Below are positions 55,555-64,000 of a stretch of 64,000 nucleotides of DNA, in pieces. Source of the DNA: Lama glama (lineage: Eukaryota); assembly GCA_028534125.1 (NCBI GenBank), contig CM052850.1, positions 25,978,001 to 26,042,000 of the forward strand, read 5' to 3'. Position 1 is the stretch's first letter, and the number at the start of each line of letters is the position of its first letter. The translations under genes were made by a program, and so were the position numbers. Below the pieces are notes generated by a model, which worked only from the letters and a program-made list of their open reading frames with translations, did no database searches and was not told where the DNA came from.

Positions 55555-58500
55555 CTGTGGGAGGGGAGGGGACAGGTGACCTTCGGAGTGGCCTGTTGCA
55601 GCGGCCAGGACAACACTGCAGAAGGCCACCCAGACTCACGGGTGAGTAACCCGTGCCCCACCGCAGAGGCTCGCTCAGTCCCTCGTGGAGGTTGTAATGC
55701 CTTCATCTCCTTGCCCCTCCCTCGGAGATAAGGGGCGGGGGCCTTGGCACTTGCCGCAGGGGGAGATGCTGGGGCCGAGGGGTCGTGCAAGAGTGAAGGG
55801 CTTGCACAGACCTTGGCTGGGGCACCCGGCTTCTGCTGGAGCCCTCCTGGGGCCTCTGCCACCAGCCCTGGGCGGCAGGTGCTCTGGGAGCCTCCTGGCA
55901 GCTGCCCTGCCCCCTGAAGGCCAGTGGAGGGGACCCATGGGGCTTGCACAGAATCTGCCACACAGGTAGTTGGAAGGAGTGACCCCGGGTCCGAGTGCAT
56001 CTCCAAGTGGGCCCTGCACAAGAGCCAGGCACTCGGGGCCGGGGGGAGTCCCGTGTCCTCCAGGCCGCCTCCATGAGGGTGACCAGGGATTTGCACACGG
56101 TCCTTCTGTTGGGACCTTGGCCCCAGGCTGACCCTGGCAAGTCTAAAAGGAAGGGTTGTTGACCGTCATCTGTCCAGCTCTGCCGGCGTGGAGTGGCCTC
56201 TGGTTCTGCAGCCCTAGAGGCTCCCGGGAGGCACCAGCCTGCAGTCTCTGCGTCCTTGCTGCCTGACGCCTGCATCCCAGCCCAGGGCATGGATCCCTGA
56301 CAGTGTGGCAGGGTGCCTGGGGACACCCTCTGCGAGGGGTCAAGGAAAGCCGGATGGATTTCCAACCTGGAAAAAGACTCCTGCAAAACCCCACTTTCCG
56401 TCATCTGCCGGGCTGTGACTCATGGACCCATGACCTGAGGGTCGGGGAGGCTCCAGTGACAAGACGTGTGTGTCGTCAGCGCCAGGCCCAGAGCTGAGTC
56501 TCTGTTCCTGTCTCTCACTCTTTCGCTGTGTGCTTGACAAAGTCCTGGACTCAAGATGGTGGCCTGGGTTGAGGTCCAGCTCAGCCACTGGCTGCCCTTG
56601 GGCACCGCCGGGCCCTCTGCTCTTCCTGGACAGTGCTGGTAATCTGCAGGGTGAAGGATGTGCCCTCCACCCCCTGCTTGACTCTTCCACAACCACCCCG
56701 CTCTCCTCGTCTGCTGTGTGGGGTCCTCACCCCCAAGCCAGGCCTTTCTGCCTCCTCGCCTCTCCGGCTGCTCCAGAATTCTGGAAGGCCGTGGCCTGTG
56801 AGCAGTGTCCATCCTGCGCTTAGCCAGGTGTTGTGAGCCGAGTCGTGTCTCCAGAAAAATACGTCCACGTCCTCAACCTGGGTACCTGTGAGTGTGGCCT
56901 TATTTGGAAGCTGGGGTTTTGCAGATGTTGTCAGGTTGAGATGAGGTCACACTGGAGTACATGGGCCCTGAATGCCATGTGCCTGGTGTTGTTATGACAA
57001 GAGATCAGTGTGGACACAGGCCGTGTGGGGACAGAGGCAGAGACTGGAGTGACTTGGCCACAAGGAATACCTGGGGCCACAGGGGCCGGGAGAGACAGGA
57101 AGAACCTCCCCACCAGACCTGGAGGGACTGTGGCCCTGCGACACCTCGATCGTGGACTCCTGGCTGCGGACTGCGAGGGAGACCCGGGTGTGTGGGCCTC
57201 TGTGCCGCAGCCTTAGGACGCTGGGAAGCAGAAGCCCTGTGTGGCTGGCTGCCTGGCCCTCCCTCCTTTCTAGGCCCAGCCCCGGCCCCACCAGCCCCTC
57301 GCCTGCCCTGGCGCCTACCCGTGTGGGTCCGGAGGTGGCCTTGCAGCAGCCAGGGCCTGGAGAAGGCCTTGCCACAGACGGCACAGAGGCAGGGCAGCGT
57401 GTGTGTCCGGATGTGCATCTTGAGAGCGCCCAGGCTGCCATACTCCTTGTCGCAGAACTGGCAGGTGAAACAGCGCTGGGCCTGCAGGGGGCACCGCAGC
57501 TGCCGGCGCCTGGCCAGCCTGGCCGGCGCGTGGGCAGGTCTGTGGCCGTGGAGGGCCTGCTCAGCCCCCAGCAGGCGGCCTGGGGTCTGGGCCCCGTCTG
57601 TGCCCAGGAGCGGGGGCCAGCGCATGGGCAGGGCCAGCAGCGGGGGCAGGTTGAGGTGGTTCAGGCTGTCTCTGAGGGGTGCGCTGAGGGCCCGGCCGGC
57701 CCGGGGGTCCGCCCGGCTGACGTCCAGGGCTTCTGGCCCTGAAGCCCCCAGAGCTTCCTCGTTGCACAGCAGGGGCAGGGAGGTGTGAGCGATGACGGAG
57801 GCGTGGTCCCAGGGCTGGGGAGGGTCACCAGGCGAGGACGGGGCCACCTTGTCTGGGAAGATGAGGGGCACCACTGGCCCCCCGCAGGCAGAACAGGCAC
57901 CACTGATGTCTGGGAGGGGAGAGGACAACACAGGTGAGCCCTGAGTCCCCGTGTTGCGTGTTCCCGACTGGCATTCCCAGCGACCCCCACACCCGCCGTT
58001 TAAGCCCTGGGCAGCCCCGTGTGAGGGTGTGGGCTGCAGCCCAGAGCAGGAATCTCAGTTCCCCTTTAAAAATAGGGAAAGAGAAGCACCTCGCAGCAGC
58101 CCTCAGGGGCCAAGGAAGGAAGCCTCCGCCCACCTCAGGACCAGCTCGGGGCGAGTCCTCTGGGCACCCACGCAGCGTTAACTCAAGGGGCTTGGCAACG
58201 TGTGCAATAACTAACTAGCCTCCAGTCATCTCCTGGTCACCCCTCGCCCGTCGTGATGTGGGTGGACACAGCTCCTGCGGATATTCCAGTCAAGATGGTC
58301 TGTCCCGGACCCCTGTCTCCCGGCCTCGCTCCCATAATTGTGGTCCAGCACGCCTCATGCTGGACCCAGGTGGCAGGAGCCCCCAGAGCAAAAAGGCCAG
58401 CAGGCAGAGCTGAGTTCTGTGTTTCCCCAAAGCCCAGCTCTCCAAACAGCCCTCAGCTCGTTTCTTGTCCTTCATGCGTTGCCATCAATTCCTGGCCATT

Positions 58501-60728
58501 TCTAGAAGCGTGCCAAGGCTGTGCGTGGAGAAAGACAACCCACAAAATGGAGAAGAGACTTGCAAATCAGACATCTGGGGAGGGTTAGTGTCCAGAAACG
58601 GACAAAGAACCCCCACAACCGAGCGATAAAAAGACACATGACGACGTGAACCGACGTTTCTCCAAAGAAGATACACACGCGGCCAACAAGCGCGGGAAGA
58701 AGCCGACGCTCGACACCCCTAGCCGTCAGGGCCGCAGCGTACAGCTGCGCGGAGGTTCCACGTCACAGCCCCAGCACCGGTAGGGTTGAAAACAGGCGGT
58801 TACAAGCGCTGATGAGGACGCAGAGAAGCGGGAAAGTTAAGGAAGGTCCTCACACTCCACCGTCCTGACTCGTCGTCCTCCACCCCAGTCTTCCCAACTA
58901 CAAAGTCAACACGCCAGGTTTCTGTCCTCCCAGAAGTGGGGGCTGGACAGTGACTGGCTGAGAGATGATGTCCAGGGAGGTTCTGGAGAGACGGCACTGG
59001 GGTTTCCGGAGAGTCCAGGACCCCCCACTCCACAGAGAAGCTTCACAACAGGCCCCTCTATGGAGAAAAAAAGTCACCTTCCTCAAGTCTCGGAGGTTCT
59101 GCCTGGCCCCAGGCATCACCGTGGAGAAAGCCCCTGTCGGGGGGCCTGTGCCGACTGCAGCGGGAGGCTGGGGCAGGGGCAGCAGTGCCAGGTGCTACTG
59201 ACCGTGTGCTCCTGCCGGTACTTTAAATGCTTCCCCAGGGGATACCCGGGTTAGCTAGACTTTTAATTCATTCTGCAGCTCAGATCCATGGGGGAAGAGA
59301 CTTCAAAGTTCCCCTCTGGCTTCAGGGGTTCCCTGGGGAGGCCTAAAAAGGCCCTTATTTAAGAGTGAAGAGTAGGGAAGCCCAAATCCAGCATCTCAGG
59401 TCTACCTGCGGTAACTGCTGGGCAGAAAGAGAGCTGGTGCGACCGGTGGGGGGCAAGGGAGGGGAGCGGGGCAGGAGGACTGGCAGCTCTGAGGCTGCTC
59501 TCCTCCAGCCACTGGTGCACAGCCGCCTAGACTAGCACGTTCAGGGGTAAGGCAGGGTACACTGTGGGACCAGTTTCCAGACAATGGTTTCTGAACTTTT
59601 GAAACTATGACTTGTGTAAATTTAATTTTCATTACACATATATATCTGAAACAAAATTTTCCTTTACCATGAGCACTGTGCTCTGACGGCTTCTGTTCTT
59701 TTTCATTTTATAAGATTGCTGGTGGTGACTCTAACTGGATCTCAAAGTGTGACTGAGGATCCTGGCCCTAGAATGTGCCCCCTGGTGGCAGCCCAGACTC
59801 AGGGACCCACCAGCCAGGACTCCCCCACCACCCGCACCCCCCCAGTCCTGAGAGGGCTGAAGGGCTCTGAGAGGGCATCAACTGGGGGCCCTGGCCTCCC
59901 TAATGTTCCTCCCCTCCGAGTCCCCCAGAGGGGCTTCACCCCAAGGAGCTGCAGAGCTGGGGGACGGCTCGACCACTCTAGAGAGGCCTTTGCCCTGGGA
60001 CCTTCCCATGTCCCTGTGCCTAGCAGGGAATGGGAATGAGCGGACTGTCCTGGTTCCTGGACGCCCGTCTCCCCACCTGGGTGAAAGCTGCAGCCCCGTA
60101 GCCCAGCCTGCCTTGAGCAACCTCCACTGGGGTGAGGGGAGGCGGGAGAGAAGGTGTGAAGAGGCGTTGGAGGAGCCCAGTGGAACGCAGGCTGGGCCTG
60201 GGTACCACAGGGCCCCAGGGTCACTCTTCCTGTCCCCTCTGCTCACTGCTCAAGCCAGGATGCTCTGGTGGGCCCTTGGAGGACAGCCTGGTGGTCACCC
60301 TTTGTGTCTCTCCCCAACATCCATGGGACCCTATCAAACTTCTTGCACCAGGAATGACTCTGATGTCCCCTTTGCTGGGATGGGAGCACGAGGCCATAGG
60401 GAGAGAGCCCCCAGGGTGACTGGGGGCCTGGAAATTTCTCTAAGCGGAGAGAGAAACCTTACCCAGTCTGCCCCGATTCGAGGTCCAGATCCCCAAAGTG
60501 GACAAGGTGCCCGCGGGTCACATTCCTGCTTCTAGCTCCAGGATCTCTGGACCCTCCTCCCACCTGGGACAGGTGTCCTCGCTTCCGAGGAACTCGCCCC
60601 TCCTGCCGCTCAGGAGTGGAGCCCTGGGTGGCGGGGAGCCCGCAGCACCTACCTCTTTGCGTCTCCAGCTGCCCGTAATTGGGGACCCTGTGACTGGAGT
60701 GCGTCTTCACCAGGAAGGAGCGCGGCAT
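55373..60728 (-). CDS. SNAI3: Snail family zinc finger 3 (exons 60653-60728, 57319-57909, 55373-55554; 282 aa)
   Basis: SNAG domain MPRSFLVK; C2H2 fingers [67 protein letters not shown]; 849 nt in frame; synteny with MVD. Confidence 0.95.
56829..57230 (+). mobile_element. MaLR solo LTR (MLT1C-like) in SNAI3 intron 2
   Basis: gtacctgtgagtgtggccttatttggaa...tttgcagatg...gatgaggtcacactgga...gaggcagagactggagtga...gtggccctgcgacacct. Confidence 0.7.
57319..57909 (-). CDS. SNAI3: SNAI3 exon 2
   Basis: ctcccag acceptor; [10 protein letters not shown]...[12 protein letters not shown]...ZF2, ZF3; G|gtaggc donor. Confidence 0.93.
58525..58830 (+). mobile_element. Old L1 ORF2 3' fragment in SNAI3 intron 1
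   Basis: aagacaacccacaaaatggagaagagacttgcaaatc...tctccaaagaagatacacacgcggccaacaagc. Confidence 0.6.
59582..59760. mobile_element. hAT-Charlie-type DNA transposon remnant
   Basis: AT-rich island caatggtttctgaacttt...acacatatatatctgaaacaaaa...ttctgttct...gctggtggtgac; resembles the Charlie4-like consensus from memory. Confidence 0.45.
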
Positions 60729-61100
60729 GGTGCCCTCGCGCGGGTCCCGCGGCGAGTCCGCCGGCGCCCGCGGGCAGAGCCGCCCGCAGGTGCCTGGAGG
60801 ATCGGGTAATTAGCATAGCGCGCCGCCTCGGCCAACCAGCACCCGGCGGGGCCGGGGAGGGGCGGGGCCGCGGGGCGGGGTTTCGGGCCACGCCCAGGAC
60901 AGGTGCGCGGGCCGCGGGGGAGGGAGCGCGTGGCCGCGTGTCCAACCCACGGGACTTCCTTGGCTCGCGCCGCGAGTCACACCGACCCCAGGGCCTGGCG
61001 CACCCACTCGCCGTGGACTGAAGGGCAGAGGTCAGGGCTGGGCAGAAGCCCAGCCCGGCGCAGTCCGTCCAGCGGTGGGAGCGTGCGCGGAGCCCAGCCA
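60650..61100 (-). promoter_or_regulatory. SNAI3 CpG-island promoter with GC boxes, a TATA-like TAATTA (60807-60812) and E-boxes
   Basis: CpG-dense; GGGGCGGGG boxes; CAGGTG at 60787 and 60900. Confidence 0.7.
60653..60728 (-). CDS. SNAI3: SNAI3 exon 1 (SNAG domain)
   Basis: [25 protein letters not shown]; G|gtaggt donor. Confidence 0.94.
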
Positions 61101-64000
61101 CGGAGAACCCTGCTCCAGCCCAGACCCGCAAAGGTAGGATTGCTGAGCACAAGCCCTGAACTCCAGAGCTGACCCAGTTGACGAGCCAGAGTGGCCCTGG
61201 ATGCGGGGGGGCCGGGGGCGGTCCCCCGGCCTGGAGGAGAGTGGCCTCTCCTGGTGGGATGAAGGCCAGGAGGAGAAGGCGCTTTGGGAGTTGGCCCCAG
61301 GTCTCCAGAAAGCTCGTTTGGCAGGAGAAAGGGCACGGCCTGGAATTCTGGAATTTGGAGGGGTTCAGACACTTGAGTCACAGAGGGCAGCGTGTGTACT
61401 GGCTGCAGCAGCCTGGTCTGTGACCTGGAGCAGCCTTGTCCCTCTTTCGATGTTCCTTGGAGTCCTCAGTGCCGTAAAGGCTGAGCCCAGCCTGGGGGTC
61501 TGTTCCCTCTGATGTGGCCATTTTGTGAGGTCAGCCTCCGGGCCAGGGGACGCAGTGCCACCCCCGAGAGCCGCCAGACGCGCCCATGGCTGTGCAGCAG
61601 ACCTGCCTTTCGCGGCCCAGACGCCACGTGGAAGCCTGGTGCCCTTATGCCACCGTGGGCCTGGGGGCAGAAGAGCTGTGGAGAGATGGAGGGGGGCCTG
61701 TGTCGCAGTGTCTTACGTTCCCTTGGTTTTGCCAAAGAGAAACAGGCTTGGAGAAGTTGGGAAGTGGTGGGAGTGGGAGCCGGGCCGGCACTTCCAGCCT
61801 CACACGAGGCATCGGCTGCTGCCGCTTGGTCAGGGCGCGTGGAGGGACAGACAGGCGGTACACAGACGAGAAGGCACGTGTCCCTTTCGTGGGCGAGGCC
61901 TGGCACCACGCTGCCATGCGTGTGGATGTCAGAGGCCATGTGGCTGGCTTCTGCTTGTTCACCTGTTCCGTGGCCTCACAAACTTTCCATTTATACCCTC
62001 TCTCCCTTCTCCCCCCGAGATGTAGATAACGCTTGCAGATAGCTGGCCGGGCCTCCGGCCAAGGTGCCCTCCTTAATCCCCAGAGAGACACCCATGGTGT
62101 AGCGGGGTGCCCGAGCACTGCTGAGGAGAGCCTGCTCTGTCACCCTGGAAGCACCCCCGTGGCCTCCAGGGGCCTTGAGGCACCTTTGGGGTGGAGCGCT
62201 CCTTGCGGAGGGCTGCCTCAGGCAGCCACCGGAGGGAAGTCTGAGGTCCCTGCCGACTTCTCAGAACTGCCCTCCTGTGGTCTCACAGGCTCACTGTTGG
62301 ATGTGCCTCACAGGGCTGTGTCCAGGCCAGACCAGAGCAGGACCAGTGGAGGACATGGGGATCCCCCCCACAGCACGGCCCCAGGCACACCCTTCCCTGG
62401 GGTGTCTCAGGTGCAGACGAGCAGGTGAGAGAACAAGACCCCGGGTGGGCCTGACCTGGGACTCTTGGAACAGCGCTTAGTGCCACGCCTTGCCAGTGGG
62501 GCTCAGCTGTCCCGGGGCTCCGGCACCAGTTACCATGGCCCCCGTGTCAGGGTGTGGAGTGGTCGCCGAGGGAGGGTGAGCGTGGCTGGACAGCCTGACC
62601 TGGGCATCCCCGTGGCTGTCCAAGGTCATGGACTTCTGGAAGCTCGGACCCAGTGCTGCAGCCCCCAGCATGTGGCCAGACTGGTGGCCAGTGTGTGCTT
62701 GGTCGCTCCCAGAAGGGGGTTCATTACTGCTCACAGCTGCCTGGTCCCCTTGGGGGCCCGGTTGTTAGAGGCAACACTTGTTCTCAAACTGGGATTCAGT
62801 GGGCACACCCTGTGCGATGTGGGGCCTCTGACACTGGCACTTCACCTGCAGCCGTGACGCACAGCAGAGTCCCAGACGCTGAGCTGCGGAAGGTGACCTG
62901 GGGGCCGAGGAGGGACACACTGTGTGTGCATGTGCGTCAGCGTGTGTGCAGGTCTGCACCCTGGTGTGGACACACACGTCTGTGTCCACACACGTCTGTG
63001 TGTGTGAGGTCACAGGAGCTATTCCTGAGTGACACAGAAGTGAGGCTTCAGCGGGTGAGCCCAGGGCCTGGAGGAGAGGATGTGCTCCGAACCCCGTGGC
63101 GCCCTCTCCAAGCCTCTTACCCGGCCTCACGTGGAGCCGGGCCCTCCCTCGTTCCCAGCAGGTGGCTGGAGAGACCGCAGGACCATGGCCGCAAGGCTGG
63201 CTGCCCTGTCACCGTGGGATACCTGACGGTCCCACGTCGCCGCCTGCCCTCCCTGGAGCTTGGGCTCCTCGGGGGGTCAGGTCCGTGCTTCTCCCTGCCG
63301 GCCAAGGCCCCCGAGGCTGCAGGGGCCGGGGCAGACCTTCAGAGTCGTCCTGGGTTGCGGTGAGGGTCCACGGCTTTCCTCCCTCGTGTCAGTTGTCGCT
63401 GGGTGCAGGATGCCCTGAGGAGAGGGTGTGATTTGGGGTGAGGCTGTCAGTTCAAGACTGACCACAGCCCTTTAAATCCACACACCAAACGTGCTAAGAG
63501 TTTCTAGCAAAACCCCGCGTGGGTGCTGATTGCTCTCCAGCCGCCTGCTCCTGTGCTCGCCCCCGCCCCAGTGCCTCTCGAGGTCCCAGGGGGCAGACGC
63601 CACCCGAGAGATGTGTGTCCACGTGGGTCTCCAGGCTCCTGCCTCCTCTGCCCTTCGCTCAGGAGAAGCCTAGCCTCAGCGCCCCGCTGCCCGCACCTTA
63701 GCCGTGAGGGCCTCCTTCCCACCCCAGTCGCTGGCCCTTTGCCTCACGCTTGGGGTGGGGGAGGCTGGACGCAGTCTTTCTTTTCACCCCGCGAAGCCCA
63801 TCCCGCCCTGCGGGCTTCCTCTTCTCCTTCGGGCTTGTCAGCTCCCGGTGCCTCGAGGTGAGTGAATGAAGGCTCCTTCCCCTGAGCGGGCAGGGCTGGG
63901 GGCACCCTGGTGTCTCATGGAAGGAGGTGCCAGGCCCGGTGTCTGCACAGTGGGAGGGGTGCCCAGGGCCCTGACCCCAGCTGTGTCAGCGAGTAGGAAG

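Noticed and set aside
61100-64000. Expected RNF166 3' exons by synteny
   Set aside because: No RNF166-like coding sequence or poly(A) signal seen; the gene probably lies beyond the window.
1-64000. CRISPR arrays, operons, rRNA, snoRNA or miRNA genes
   Set aside because: Eukaryotic intron-exon DNA with no regularly spaced repeat-spacer array; no structured RNA gene could be supported by eye (an Infernal/Rfam scan would be needed).

Overview
GC-rich mammalian genomic DNA, most likely camelid judging from the tRNA-derived SINEs. The region is syntenic with human 16q24.2-q24.3. In order it holds: the 3' 12 coding exons of ZC3H18 (+), IL17C (+, 3 coding exons, 199 aa), CYBA/p22phox (-, 6 exons, 194 aa), MVD (-, 10 exons, 400 aa), a ~14 kb MVD-SNAI3 interval with no intact gene, and SNAI3 (-, 3 exons, 282 aa). 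All exons were assembled by hand from splice sites and reading phase. Comparisons with human proteins are from memory. Almost all entries in the supplied ORF track are GC-content artefacts. Most notable observations: (1) SNAI3 has lost zinc finger 1 (9-aa deletion plus loss of all four Zn ligands) and has an altered last ligand in finger 5, although the ORF is intact. (2) MVD intron 7 appears to use a GC donor, with a competing in-frame GT donor 18 nt away. (3) ZC3H18 introns contain a frame-preserving 60-nt candidate cassette exon, two candidate stop-containing exons and an intronic poly(A) signal. (4) The MVD promoter looks bidirectional. (5) A chain of minus-strand exon-like blocks between SNAI3 and MVD may be a decayed gene. 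I see no prokaryote-type systems and no clearly new biological system that the sequence alone can prove.
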